Shown piece after piece: positions 12,179 to 26,239 of a stretch of 64,000 nucleotides of DNA (positions within the stretch are counted from its first letter, which is position 1; the number at the start of each line of letters is the position of its first letter). The translations under genes were made by a program, and so were the position numbers. Under the pieces are notes generated by a model. It worked only from the letters and a program-made list of their open reading frames with translations. It had not been told where the DNA came from and ran no database searches. The stretch is from Octopus bimaculoides (Eukaryota), in NCBI RefSeq assembly GCF_001194135.2, contig NC_068988.1, positions 35,931,962 through 35,995,961 on the forward strand, written 5' to 3'.

Positions 12179-13668
12179 TTGGGTTGGCAACTAAGTTCTC
12201 ACCGTTTCATTAAATTTTGGAATTTATTGCCTTCTTAAAGTTTGGAATTTCATGCATTTTTAAATTTTGGAATCTATTGTTTTCGAGAATTCTATTTTTG
12301 AATCATCTTGGAATCTGTTTTTTTTTTCTAGTTAATTTAATTAATTTTTGTTTATTTTTAGATCATTAAAATGGAATGTCAAGTTAAGAAAAACGATCGT
12401 TTCCGACACCTCCTTCTTTCTGCTTTTAATCAAGGTTCTAAGGCCACAAAAGCTGTTCGCGACATTTGTGCTGTGTATGGAGAGGGTGCCATGGCTGAAA
12501 GAACNNNNNNNNNNNNNNNNNNNNNNNNNNNNNNNNNNNNNNNNNNNNNNNNNNNNNNNNNNNNNNNNNNNNNNNNNNNNNNNNNNNCCGACACCTCCTT
12601 CTTTCTGCTTTTAATCAAGGTTCTAAGACCACAAAAGCTGTTCGCGACATTTGTGCTGTGTATGGAGAGGGTGCCATGGCTGAAAGAACCGCTCGTAATT
12701 GGCATGCCAAGTTCAAAAATGGAAATTTTGACCTCAAGGACACACCTCGTTCTGGCCGTCCAGTTGAGTTCGATGAAGAGCGATTAAACCAAATTTTGCA
12801 CGAACATTCTCGTCAAACAAGGTAACTGGCAGCGAAAATGGAATGCTCCGACACTGCTAGAGAGAAGCATCTTCACACGACGGGAAAGTTTCAGAAGTAT
12901 GGAGCGTGGGTTCCGCACACTTTAAGTGACAACAGCAAAAATCAACGAGCCACAATCACCACTGGTTTGCTTGCTGGTTACCGATCAACTTATGGACACA
13001 AGCAACGATTTCTTTACCGAATCGATACTGGCGACGAGAAATGGTGCCTGTACATCAATATGAAGCAGCGTAAGGAATGGCATAGCCCCGGTAAACAAAT
13101 AACACCGCGCGTGAAACAAGATCTTCATCCGCGTAAAACGATGTTGTGCGTATGGTGGGACTGGTAAGGGATTATCCATTACGAATTACTTGAACGGAAC
13201 CAAACTGTCAACTCAGAACTCTATGTTCAACAGATGGAACGACTCAACACGGCTATTCAAGAGAAAAACCTAATCGTCAGCATAAAGTTCTTCTGCTGCA
13301 CGACAACGCCCGCCCTCATATCGCCAATATGACCAAGAAAGCCATTCAAAGGCATGGCTGGGAAGTGCTACCATACCCGCCGTGCTCTCCTGATTTGGCG
13401 CCAACGAATTTCCACCTCTTTTGATCTCTTTCAAATGCTAAGCGCGGAGTTTCGTTCAATTCTGATGCAGAATTGAGAGCTTGGTTGGATCAATTTTTCG
13501 AGTCGAAATCGGGTAATTTCTACCAACGAGGTATTGAATATCTTGTTGAACGCTGAGAAGTTTTAAACAACAAGGGTGAATACATTATTGATTAATCAGT
13601 TGTTATTTTTTATCAAAACTTAAAAATTTAAATTTAAAAAAACAGCAGGAACTTAGTTGCCAACCCAA
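12179..13668 (+). mobile_element. Full-length mariner transposon (mellifera-type TIRs), inactive
   Basis: 20-bp perfect TIR ttgggttggcaactaagttc at both ends, with TA target duplications at 12177-78 and 13669-70. True length is about 1305 bp after removing the 185-bp overlap artefact at the gap. Confidence 0.95.
12371..13595 (+). pseudogene. Mariner D,D34D transposase pseudogene
   Basis: MECQVKKNDRFRHLLL..., [32 protein letters not shown]. Third catalytic D is mutated to N; several stops and frameshifts. Confidence 0.93.
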
Positions 13669-14289
13669 TAATTGCTGTCTGTGTTACTAAATGTTCTTTG
13701 AGTTTTCTCAATACGTCTAGCACTAGAATGACATTTTTCATTGCAGTTGGTATGGAAAAGTTCAGATATCGTTCCATATAGTATTGCATTTAAAATATAA
13801 AATCTTGGACATACTTGAAAAACATTCTTCTTTTATACGGTTGTAATGCTAATCAAACGTTACAAATGGTAAGGTGTGATAACTCTGTAAACAATATATA
13901 AGCTTTAAGCTTGTGAATATTTACTATATGCAGAATATATATATATATATATATATATCGTTCATTTTGTTATTATCCAATATAACTATTTTAAAAGAAT
14001 GATAATAACAGAGTCAATAACATAGGCGGTTGCCTGTTCTCATTTAGGTGCATAAAATCTGCCAACCGGACCGATCTATGGGAGATAACTCGTCCCATTC
14101 CATGCTTAAACAGTGTATATTATTCATTTGCTTATAAATTAACAGACCTTAACAGATTTCTGCCTCCAGTTTGAAGATAGGTTATATGCTGGCACCGATT
14201 GGAAACTATGTTTTCAATAAAGCTAAGCTCTTTATGGATCGAAACCATTGGTCACACAATGATCGGGCATTTATTTAATTTATTGTATA

Positions 14290-14554
14290 TTCTTTCATTC
14301 TTTTATCTGCCTCAGTAATTTGATTGTGGCCATACCGGAGTACCGCAGCGAAGGATTTTTTAGTCGAATAAATTGGCCCCAATACATATTACTTTTTAAA
14401 GCCTGCTCCTTATTCTATCGGTCTGATTTTGCGAACCGCTGATTTGCGGGGAGGTAAATACACCAACACCAGTTGTCAAGCGGTGATGGGGAGACAAGCA
14501 CAATCACAGACACACACACATGGATTATACATACATAGATACACACACACACAC

Positions 14555-14604
<50 letters not shown>

Positions 14605-14614
14605 NNNNNNNNNN

Positions 14615-14678
<64 letters not shown>

Positions 14679-14818
14679 CACATACATACAACAGGCTTCT
14701 TTCAGCTTCCGTCTACTCACTCGGCTTTGGTCGGCTCGAGGCTATAGTAGAAAACACTTGCCCAAATTGCCACGCAGTTTGACTGGACCCGGCAGCATGT
14801 TTATTATTACACAACCAC
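14290..14818 (-). mobile_element. tRNA-derived SINE, family B (internal microsatellite)
   Basis: Matches copies at 33265, 35264, 51691 and 58246; internal (CA)n/(TA)n. Confidence 0.85.
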
Positions 14819-15965
14819 GATATATATGTAAAGATAAATTAAACAGAGATATTCCGTTGACATTCAATAATATATTTATATTACAATATTACATTAAATA
14901 CTATGAATATAATATATGACATAAAACATAACATAATATCATATTATATAAATAATTACAAAAGCCGCAAAAGCCCAACAAATTGTTTCGGGTTATATAT
15001 ATATTTTTTTCTGATATACATAATCACAGTTCCATTATATATAATCCACTTCAGGGTAAATCGGTTCAAGAAGACGAAAGCCCTTCTGGAAAGGACGGCT
15101 GCATTGTAAACATTAATTCAACTGTCTGTCTTATGGGCGTTAGCGTTACTTATTCAATCTTACATCAATTACAATTAAGAAAACAAAAACATTCTAACGG
15201 ACGCGATACAGTCAAGTAAGTTCAATCCACAACCATCGAAATTCACTTCATTATATCTCAAACACAAACCAATGGAAACCCTTTTATGTCCAAGATTGTT
15301 TCATGTCACCAGAGCATACAATAATAACATATGTGTGTATATAAATGTATATAATTAAGTATCTAAGTCTTCTCCTATGTGTAACTACAACAAAAAATAT
15401 ATAAACAATTACATTTTCAACACAACTCTTTAATCTATTTAAATTAGTTGGCATGAAAATTAATTGTGTAAATTAACTAATAATAATCTTCAATATTTAT
15501 TTATTATTTTCTTGTAGGGATCATTATGTAGTAGATATGAAAAGGAACCTAATGAAAATTTCTCTCTTTGTTTACTTAATCTATCGCAAGTAGAATTCTG
15601 TAATTATTATATTTTAGACTACAGCAATGGAAATCGAATTTAATAAGTTTTTAGGGGTAACCATACTTGAGTTTAGTTTTTTTAAAAATGACTATGGAAG
15701 GAAGAATTTAGTTAATCGACAGAAGCCATCGATACAAACCAAATAAGCAACGCGCAATGTTCCCGATGAACTAATCTATATTATTATTTACAAAATGAGG
15801 GACCATATATGTTGCATATATAAACTTTATCAATACTTTCAGAAATAACAAACAACATTGTTGTGATTAGAATACTATTTATAAACTATACAATACTATA
15901 ATAATTACTATTTTGGTTATTAAATTTATTTAGTAAGTCAAATGAAACTACATTTAAATACATAC

Positions 15966-16042
<77 letters not shown>

Positions 16043-16562
16043 TACACACACATACATATACACATATATACACATACACATATCCATATATACATATACA
16101 CACACTATATATAGATATGTATATATATACAAACATGCGTACGTACACACACATATACACACTTTCAGATACATACACACCCATACACATGCAGAGACAT
16201 ATGTATATTGTAATATATTCCGGAGATTTGTTAAGAATGTGCGACTACAAGAAAAAACTAAATTACAACTAAATAAGATACGATGCAAAACACAATGGTA
16301 AATAAATAAGCATTTCCAACGAAATAAATTACAAATTATTTCCTCGACATAGCTAAATACACATGAAAATCTATTGAGATTATGAAATAAAAAAAAAAAA
16401 GACTTAACATTGTTAGCGATAATAAAAAGACACACTAATACAATGTTGGTTTATTCGACTATTGCTAGCAACACAAAAATATCAGTCTTGTAATATTCAG
16501 CGTATCGAAGATCAGTAAAACAGAGTTGTGTGATGAAGAAGAGTGCTATTCTTCTAGACCGT

Positions 16563-16653
16563 GTTATCAGGGCGTGCTGACTGAAATTATTCACCTGTGT
16601 TCGCATCGCTATGTGCACAGGGAATTAAGAAACAGTAAGTAATCTGATAAGCT
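16563..16653 (+). repeat. Dispersed ~90-bp repeat (second copy 21971-22072)
   Basis: gttat.agggcgtgc.gactgaaattattcacctgtgttcgcatcgctatgtgcacagggaatt...taagtaatctgataagct; the second copy has an 11-bp insertion. Confidence 0.85.
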
Positions 16654-17371
16654 TGAAGTAAAGCGTACCGCTCTCTATATATACATTTCAGGAATGATTT
16701 GAATTTGAGGCAGGCAAACAAGCTGAGCTGTTGCGATACTCATCTGCTCATACACATGTAATGTCACAGATCAGTCTTGGAAGTANNNNNNNNNNNNNNN
16801 NNNNNNNNNNNNNNNNNNNNNNNNNNNNNNNNNNNNNNNNNNNNNNNNNNNNNNNNNNNNNNNNNNNNNNNNNNNNNNNNNNNNNNNNNNNNNNNNNNNN
16901 NNNNNNNNNNNNNNNNNNNNNNNNNNNNNNNNNNNNNNNNNNNNNNNNNNNNNNNNNNNNNNNNNNNNNNNNNNNNNNNNNNNNNNNNNNNNNNNNNACA
17001 GTAAGTAATCTGATAAGCTTGAAGTAAAGCGTACCGCTCTCTATATATACATTTCAGGAATGATTTGAATTTGAGGCAGGCAAACAAGCTGAGCTGTTGC
17101 GATACTCATCTGCTCATACACATGTAATGTCACAGATCAGTCTTGGAAGTATGGGGTGCCAGGTTTAGTTAGTTGTTAACTATGTGGATATTTAGTTCAC
17201 CATCATCTTCGTGGCATATCATAGACAAATGTATTACTTCCCAATGAAAACCACCTCCGCATTTCTGAAGTTTGTAGAGTAATGTACGAGGGGTCGTTTC
17301 TATTGTTATTATCATGCTTCATATGTTTGTGGTGTGGTGAATAATTTTTGTGTATATTATGTTACATTAAA

Positions 17372-17584
17372 GGTTTCAAATTTTGGCGCAGGGTAGGCAA
17401 TTTTAGGGGAGTGGTAAGTCGATTACATCGACCCCAATTTTCAACTGGTATTTATTTTATCAATCGGGAAAGGATGAAAGGCAATGCCGAACTCAAGCGA
17501 ATTTGAATTCAAAAAGTAAAGACGGACGAAATGCCGTTAAACATTTTCCCCGGCTTGCTAATGATTCTGCCAGCTTGCAGCCTT
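17372..17584 (-). mobile_element. tRNA-derived SINE, family A
   Basis: Reverse complement reads aggctgcaagctggcagaatcattagc...gagttcggcattgcctttcatcc...ggggtcgatgtaatcgac...aaaatttgaaacc. Confidence 0.85.
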
Positions 17585-18217
17585 ATGCTGTGTAACATGA
17601 TTGAGATGAACATGCGTAGAGAATGAAGTATTTAAGCTGTTGTTGTTGTGTGACATGGTTATGGAGTTATTGTTATCAGGTGGCCACTCCGTGGTAATCC
17701 ATAAATTATGTAGTATGTTGGAAGTATGATTTTAATGGATGAGAATTATATGTATTATAAGATGATAGAATTGAGTAGAGAATTTACTGTGTGAATTTAC
17801 TGTGTGATTTTTACTGTTGAGAGTACTTATGTATACTGTGTGCTACATTGATTCACTATATTTTAACTGTAACTATGGACAGCAGGTTATGTTTTATTTG
17901 TATGTTTCAATTATTATTCATTACAGTAATTATCCACATTTTGTTGATTCTGAGTTGACATTCATGGTTTCATTTTCAGTATTCTTAACATTATTGCCTT
18001 CAAAAATGGCAAAAGTGTAGCACTGTGGATTTAGCTACATACTGTAATTTGTTTGGATTAGTCATTATAATGTTTCAGTTGAAGAGAAAGTATAACATGT
18101 ATTATATTTGCACTGACTAGTAGTACTATTTTGAGTCGACTTGTTCTAAGACTCACAAGGTCCTGTTTATGCAGTTCTCTCAAACTTTTTATAATAATAC
18201 TAGTGTATAATCATGGG

Positions 18218-18219
<2 letters not shown>

Positions 18220-18303
<84 letters not shown>
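18220..18303. repeat. (TG)n microsatellite
   Basis: About 42 uninterrupted units; representative of dozens of di- and tetranucleotide tracts in the window. Confidence 0.97.
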
Positions 18304-18304
<1 letters not shown>

Positions 18305-19492
18305 TAGTCCCATCATTGCGATTATCATTGTTTTACAAGCTTTCTATATAGAAAGTTTTTATTTTTTGTTTCACATGCATATTTTCATTCTCTTTAATTG
18401 GTCATAGCATGTAGATATTCTCCTTCATATTCCCGTTTATCTGAATTTGGCATGATGCAAATTATAACGTCATTGTTATTTTCTCACACACCATCCACTG
18501 AATCAGCTTTTCTCTCTAAGACGTTAGTAATTCAGGTATAGTTTCTAATCAGTGTACACTACCACTCTGTCATGCCAATATGTTTTCTCTTGAGAATATT
18601 CAATTCTCAAGTTATATTTTGTATTCTGTGTCATCACGTGTTGTAAAAATTTCAGGTTCTGAGGTTTTCAATCAATCTTAATTCAAGGTTCTAAAATTAA
18701 TTTATCAAGACGTGTTGTGTTCTATCTTGTGAGTTACTTGGCTATGTAGAAGCATTTAGTGTCAACGCAACAATTTCTTGCTAAATATATTTTTAAATAT
18801 TTTCTATGTGTAATGTAATCTAATGTAAGCTCTAGATTTTAAAAAAATGGGGAGTTTATCGTATTCAATTTGTATTCTACTTCAGTTTCTCTAGTATTCT
18901 GCTGTTAAGGTAGATGCGTTTTACACTAACGACTGACCCTAAATGTTCTTAATTTTTTTTTTTTAATCTTTTTACGTGCGCAAGTTATATGCAAATAAAG
19001 AAGTGAAGAAAGGGGTTGTATTCTCGCAATAACCATTCTCACTACATGCTCTCACACAAAAGCATATATAATGGTAGGGAAAGAGAGTGAGAGAGAAAGA
19101 GGGGGGTAGAAAGAGAAAGCGAGACGACAGAGAGAGAGAGAGAGGACAGAGAGAAAGAAAGTGACAAAGAAATAGAAAGGAGGAGAGTGCAGCACTTAAA
19201 TGATTGTGCTTAAGTGATACACATACATCCCTAAGCAAGCCACAAACAAACAAAAGTTACACAATTGCAGACTGGTTAAGAGAACATTCAGAGAAAAAGC
19301 AAGAATTTTTTCCATTAAATACTCATTAAGAAATGCTTAAATCATTGAATAAACGAATGACTGAATAAACAAACGAATGACTGAATAAACAAACGAATGA
19401 ATACATGAATGACTAAATGCATGAGTGAATTAAAGTTTGAAAACATCATTGAGGAGAAACGAGCTTACATAGCACTCAGCAGCTCAACTCAC

Positions 19493-19700
19493 CCAGAGTG
19501 AGTTTCACTTCCAGACAAACAGCTCTTTTGTGTTGAATGAATGTCTATCAGAAAGTATTTATACAGCTGTGGAGAAAATGTTCTTTATTGTTCAATGAAA
19601 GGCTGTTCTCTTACCGGTTCCTTCCGCTCTGGCATTCAGCTGGAAGCTGGGTGTCGAATGAATTGCAAACCAAACACGACAAGTGGCAAGTGATGTCAGA
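19493..19700 (-). promoter_or_regulatory. Candidate Pol II core promoter and short non-coding first exon
   Basis: Minus strand: TGACATCA (19691-98), several E-boxes, TATAAATA (19563-56), TCATTC Inr-like motif 25-29 nt downstream, then CTGG|GTGAGT donor at 19493; second strong donor CCG|GTAAGA at 19615. Motifs only, no expression data. Confidence 0.3.
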
Positions 19701-20689
19701 GTAAATGTTAGCCAAGAAAAAAACAAAAAACAAATTTGATATACAAATTACATGCAAGGATTATAAAACACTTGTGTATATGGGTACTTGGGGCAGAGCA
19801 TGTATTTATTGCAATTGAATACAGGTGAAATTACGCTGAGTACATCTAAGTGTCTCCATTTAATATGTAAATAAACAGATGGGAATATATGCAGATACAC
19901 GTACTGTCTAAATATATTCACACACACACACACACACACNNNNNNNNNNNNNNNNNNNNNNNNNNNNNNNNNNNNNNNNNNNNNNNNNNNNNNNNNNNNN
20001 NNNNNNNNNNNNNNNNNNNNNNNNNNNNNNNNNNNNNNNNNNNNNNNNNNNNNNNNNNNNNNNNNNNNNNNNNNNNNNNNNNNNNNNNNNNNNNNNNNNN
20101 NNNNNNNNNNNNNNNNNNNNNNNNNNNNNNNNNNNNNNNNNNNNNNNNNNNNNNNNNNNNNNNNNNNNNNNNNNNNNNNNNNNNNNNNNNNNNNNNNNNN
20201 NNNNNNNNNNNNNNNNNNNNNNNNNNNNNNNNNNNNNNNNNNNNNNNNNNNNNNNNNNNNNNNNNNNNNNNNNNNNNNNNNNNNNNNNNNNNNNNNNNNN
20301 NNNNNNNNNNNNNNNNNNNNNNNNNNNNNNNNNNNNNNNNNNNNNNNNNNNNNNNNNNNNNNNNNNNNNNNNNNNNNNNNNNNNNNNNNNNNNNNNNNNN
20401 NNNNNNNNNNNNNNNNNNNNNNNNNNNNNNNNNNNNNNNNNNNNNNNNNNNNNNNNNNNNNNNNNNNNNNNNNNNNNNNNNNNNNNNNNNNNNNNATATA
20501 TATATATATATATATATATAGATATATATTATATTATATTACAGAAATTTCTGTAATATATATATTACATAAATACACTTACTGAAAACAAAAGGTATAT
20601 CACACACACACACATACACACACACATACACACACACACACGCACACGCACGCACACACGCACACACAAACACACACACAGAAGTTATT

Positions 20690-20970
20690 TTATTAAAGAT
20701 TTTACTGGTTTCACAGTTTACACGGATTTTCAAAAAAAGTTCACATTGAAAGACATGGCTTATGTCGCAGCTGTCTTGCTTCTGCCTAATATTTGAAGCT
20801 TGCCCTATTTTAATAGGGAGTTCATGGCTCAAATTAGTATGATCTGAATGGGACTTGATTGGTAGACGATAGTCGAATGACAGGTCGTAGAAATTTTTGT
20901 AAGCTTCCAGCTACATCCGTGTGTTAGTATCGAGTGACAATGTCTGGCGTCGTAAGTTACGGCTGAAACG
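20690..20970 (+). mobile_element. Partial copy of the fold-back MITE family at 27466-27884
   Basis: gaagcttgccctattttaatagggagttcatggctcaaatt...gattggtagacgatagtc...ggcgtcgtaa matches 27470-27740. Confidence 0.75.
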
Positions 20971-21237
20971 GTTGACTGAGCATATTTAGTGACTGTACCA
21001 AACAATCGCTGCTCTGAATGTTTTCTATCAAATGTTTGTAGAGAATGAATACGTGATTAAATTTAGAACTTTTTATGAATTTCTTGCTATGTCCCTACGT
21101 TAGTATACTTTCCGCCTAAAATGAAGTCCGACACTGTTGAGTGAACATGTTTGGTTACAATCAAGGCATTCTAGGAGAGTGGGCAAGAAAATCGCTTTTA
21201 TGTAGTCCAGTGGCCAATGGTTAGGTTTGTAGGTTCC

Positions 21238-21305
<68 letters not shown>

Positions 21306-21361
21306 NNNNNNNNNNNNNNNNNNNNNNNNNNNNNNNNNNNNNNNNNNNNNNNNNNNNNNNN

Positions 21362-21392
<31 letters not shown>

Positions 21393-21439
21393 ACTATTGC
21401 TCCCAGCAATTGTCCCCAACCAGTGCAAAATTAATTGCA

Positions 21440-21880
21440 AAATTTGGGGAAATCCACCGAAGCTACACGAAGATAGCCTCCATGCAGCATGTAAGCTACT
21501 GGGAAAGTCTCAAGAGATTAAGACTCTATTCCTTAGAGTGTAGATGAGAAAGATATACCATAATATACGTGGAAAATTCTGGAGTTCCCAAATTCGAGTT
21601 ACATTAATATTAGAACAGGGCGCCACTGCATAGTGCTAAGGACTCTAGATTTGCCATGAAGATATAGGACAAAATACTGCAACAGCCTGGGCTTTATGGG
21701 ATCGCATCTGTTCAGTACGCTCCCGAATGACTTGAGAGACCTACATGGCATGGATATAGGTGTTTTCAAAACGAATCTGTCAAGTGTCTCATATGAACCA
21801 ACTTCACAGCAGGAAGTGCTGATGAGAGCAGCCGCATTAAACTCCCTCATTCACCAAATGCCAATTTCTAAAACGAATTA
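21440..21880 (+). mobile_element. CR1/L2-group LINE, 3' end of ORF2
   Basis: Frameshifted reading SMQHVSYWESLKRLRLYSL...YCNSLGFMGSHLFSTLPNDLRDLHGMDIGVFKT...AAALNSLIHQ is typical of the post-RT C-terminus. Confidence 0.75.
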
Positions 21881-22074
21881 GTGAAGTAAAATTACGTAAC
21901 AACACCAAATTGCCGTGCCCCAGCAAAGCCACAGCTCATGAGTTGGAACTAGATCAAATCAGATCAATACGTTATTAGGGCGTGCGGACTGAAATTATTC
22001 ACCTGTGTTCGCATCGCTATGTGCACAGGGAATTTCCTTCAAATTAAGAAGCATTAAGTAATCTGATAAGCTGT

Positions 22075-24720
22075 ATTTATGTGTTGTGATCCAGAATTGG
22101 GTACGGTACGTATGGCCAGTGGCCCTAGCCTCGGAGGAATTTTGAAGCTAATGTTGATGTCCTTTGGGCAATGTTGATGTTATATTCTCCACATCGTGCA
22201 AATGATGTATCGTTCACGGTGGAACTGAAGAGAATAAAGTTTCAATGCTTTAAGGCGGTCCCAATAATGGAGATCAGGCATGCCATTAATTCTTTAAGTG
22301 AATGTCCTCTAGGGCGATTCAGCTTTCGAAATGGTTTGTTTCGGATGGAGAGACAACAGAGGGCAGCGGTTTTCGACGTGTGGTCGTAAAAAGGATGATG
22401 AAAGGGAAATGATGACACCTTGTTCTCTGGACCGGACGGTTCTTAGGATCCATGAGTTCATCCTACAAGCTGTATCCACTTTACAGCTGATGTGGGCACT
22501 CCAGCTGAGATTGTTGTCAGCAATTACTCCTAGTTATCTGATATTATTAGATGCTATGAGTGGTTCCCCTGAATGAAGTGAGTATGGTTGTTTTAGCAGC
22601 CTTTCTTCCAAAATGCATCAGCTAAATTTTTCCCTCATTTAGCTGCATTTTGTTTTTGTCTGCTCGTGTTTTTGTCACAGCATGTCTATCAGATTGGACT
22701 TCAGTTCGGGCTTTTTTTCCATTGATAATTGTTTGGAGTCATCAGCGAATATTTTCACTTTGGAGTGTTTTATGACCCCATGAAATGTCGTTTATATAGA
22801 CTAGAAATAGATGCGAGCCCAAGACAGTACCCTGGGGGACACCACTGGTGATTTTTGCTGAGCTTGAGTGGATTCCACCAATCACAACATGTGTTCTGTT
22901 CTTCCGGAAATACTCAATCCAGTGTAGTAGTTTTACGCGAATTCCAACATTTGACAATTTTGACAGTAGGATATTGTGGTCGACTCTACCGGAAGCTTTA
23001 CTAGGGTCATGATATATGATATCAGAATTCGAACCTGATCCTAAGGCTTTAAGGACAATCGATGTGGTGTAAGAACTGTATTAGGCTGTCCCTGCAGCTG
23101 CAAAAGCCATGCTGGTTTGAATGTAGGAGATTGTGGTTCTCCAAGAAGCCAGCTATGCTTGATCTCACCACTCTTTCTAACACTTTAATGATATTGGAGT
23201 TGACTGCGAGCGACCTGTTTCCCTGTTTGAAAACCGGAATTACAGACTGGGATAAGAACTTTTTCGGTATATAACCTGAATCTAAAGAATTTCTCCAGAG
23301 GTCGGTTAGAGTAACTGCAGGTAGGTGTCTTCTGTCCTTCAGTAGACTAGTAGGTAATCTATCAGGGCCTACAGCAGAACAATATTTCATCTCATTTAAT
23401 ACTGCTATGATGTCTGAAGCAGTAAAGATTATGTTCGAGATGATATGATGGGAATCGACTTCGTTCATATCTCTTACGTCAATATCAGTGGGATCACTAA
23501 AGGCAGAGCAGTATTGTTTCTGCTGTACTTCTGCTATGCCTTTAGCATCATGCTGGAGAATGCCGTTATCATCGATCAGTGTAATAATGGGTGAGACAGC
23601 GGTCGAATGATTATTTGCATATAAATAGAACGCATTTGGGTTCAGTTTGAAATTTTTTACTACTCACTATTCCTCTGCAGCTCTTTGATTTTCAATGCGG
23701 ATTTTCATGTTAGTCTGTAGATGAAATTTTTCCAACTCCAGCCTTTTAATTGTTGCTGAATATGGATGCTGTATGTGGGAGAATTATAACTGGTTGATTT
23801 TAAAAATTAAATCATTTTATGCTCCCGATGAGTGTTATTTTGCTCTGTAAGAAGCCTGTTTCTGTTTGTGCTAGTGAATTTCGTAGGAGCGTATTTTGCG
23901 CATCTATAGGTGACACTGTCCTCAAAGTACTGCCATGTGGCTTCAATATCAGTGGAACTGAGAGTCAAGGACCAGTTGATAAAGGACAGATACTTTCTGA
24001 ATGCTCCCCAGTCAGCTTTCTGGAAGTTTTTGTTGCCAAATATGTGCAGTGGAGTGGAAATGACTAGTTTGGCTTAGAAATGCCGGAAATCAAAGTTGCA
24101 GAGGTCCTGGAGGAGAGTCTTTTCAACTGAAATGCTGTGAATAGAGCTAGGGTAGTTTGTTAATATCCGATCGAAGATAGTTTTATTCTCTCTCGTTGGT
24201 TCGAGCACTAGCTGTGTCAAGAAAAAATTCATCCGTAGATTAAAGGGTAATTCTGCTGTTGCTTTGTCTGGTGTAGTGTCGTCGCCTAACTTTTGAGTAT
24301 TTGTCGGCCAGTTTACACAAGGGAGGTTAAAATCACCCATCACCAGTATGTTTCCAGAGTTATATTTTTGCAGGAAGGACTTGATTTTGCTGAAGCTTTA
24401 TTCAAAGCACTTTAGAGGTGCTTTGATGGGTGTGTAGAAACCAACAATGGTTATATCGTTGGCTTTGTTGAATAATGATATGGATCCACAGTAGCCATTA
24501 CACTGGAAAATATGTCCTTTGCATCAACTGTAAATAAATCATGGAGGAAAATGGCTGTTTTTCCTTTATTTCGGTCTGTGCAATATGCACAGATGATGGT
24601 GAAATCTTTTATTTTCACCTCGGCATCCATATGAGTGCTGTTTATCTGAATTTCAGTAAGGATAAAGAAAGAGACGCAGTGTGCCGTTGCGGCAAACCAA
24701 CGCTCTCTATATGAGATCTT
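22075..24720 (-). mobile_element. CR1/L2-group LINE ORF2 (APE endonuclease + RT), degenerate, near full ORF2
   Basis: GDFNLPCVNW (endonuclease); SAVGPDRLP; QHGF; ITSGVPQGTVLGSHLFLVYIND; FADDSK; DLHYWDRLKALKLYSL. Many stops and frameshifts. Possible ORF1 remnant (HKYG...YIHP) upstream at ~24780-25060. Confidence 0.92.
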
Positions 24721-25809
24721 CCATTTTCAGGGAATGAGTGATGGGTTGTTGTCATGTGCATTTAGCAGAAATGTCGAGGCAAGTGTAGTTTGATGTTTGG
24801 ATTGTTCTAAGTGCTTAGGCTTATGTGATATGTTGTTTAATGGAAGCAGTGAAAGTAGATGTTGTATGGAGCTGTATGTATAGAGTAATGTTGTAGTTGA
24901 TGGTGGGTGTATATATATATTGACATGTATGACATTCTGAATACCATATTTATGTAAGCGTGTGGAGAATAATCTTATACACTTGAAAAATATATTTGCA
25001 GTATAATCCAACAAACAAGCAATGCTATTTATTTCTCGCAGCGTTTGGCTTCCGTTCTGCCTCGCTTTTACTGCCAAATCTTACGTTGCTAAATAATTGA
25101 AGCGGAGTTTCCAGTATTCCAGCATATGAAAGATTTAGTGCTTAAAATTAATGAAAGATGACATTTATAAGATTTTGTTTGCGAGAGGAGAAATGTTATT
25201 CATAAACAAAAAATAGAGAAACGGACGGCAAGTATGTGATTTCATGGCTGATATGTTGTATCGAATGAAACCAGTTCCAGACACGATAGAAGAAGAGTAC
25301 TTGAGTAGGTTGTTGATGGAAATATTTGTAAAATTTGATTGCTTTCGTATAAAACTATTCATATGGTCAAAAAGAGAGCTTTTAATATCATCATTTATCA
25401 AATATCCTGGCTAATGTCAAGTAGTATCATTATCCTAATACAATTCTCGAGAAATATGGATAACGTGTGTATGCATTAATGGTTCAGTGTCCGATTCGAT
25501 AATATATTATATACGAAGTAAATATCAGAGTGTAGTGTACAAAGCCATTCCGTGTATATAATAATTGGAAGCATTTATCTGAATTCAGTATTTAGAAAGT
25601 GTATATGTCTGTCAGTCTGTCTATCTATCTATCTATTTCTATTTATTTATCTATTTTTCTACCAATCTGCCTGTCTGATTGTCTGTGTATCTGTCTACGT
25701 ACACACTGACACACACACATATACATATATATGCGTATGTTTGTATATATACACATATATATATACAGGTAAATGTATGTATATGTATATACACACACAA
25801 GTACATATA

Positions 25810-25840
<31 letters not shown>

Positions 25841-26239
25841 GTGTATGCGCGCGTGCGTGTGTAAGTGTATGTATATGCATGTTTGTACATACAAATTTTA
25901 CTATTCGACGTATGAAAAAAATGTACATTTGTAACGTATGAACCTCTCAAGAGCTGTAACAATGAAATTTTTTAATCTCATAGTTCAGAGATGAAAACGA
26001 TCTAAAGAACAACGTTTGCAAAATCTGACCTTAACCTAGGAGTAGATGATGCGCCGAAAACATTTCTATTGCGTTCAGTATGAATTGCTTATCTTCAACT
26101 AGCAACCGACTGGATACCAACGCTGGTTCCGAAGCATGAAGATACCAAAATCTTGCCCTCAGTCACTAAAAAACTGAACAAAAAAACAACCTTCCGTAAA
26201 TGCAGTTAGACGAACCAGTACCCCAATAAAATGCATTCC

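Noticed and set aside
12403-12689. Apparent 102-bp tandem duplication inside the mariner
   Set aside because: The copies flank an N-gap and differ by one base, so they are most likely unmerged overlapping (allelic) contig ends.
16632-17151. 154-bp identical direct repeat that looks like LTRs or a CRISPR-like unit
   Set aside because: The copies sit exactly either side of a gap, indicating a scaffolding overlap artefact. The same applies to 47730-47800 and probably 40675-40906.
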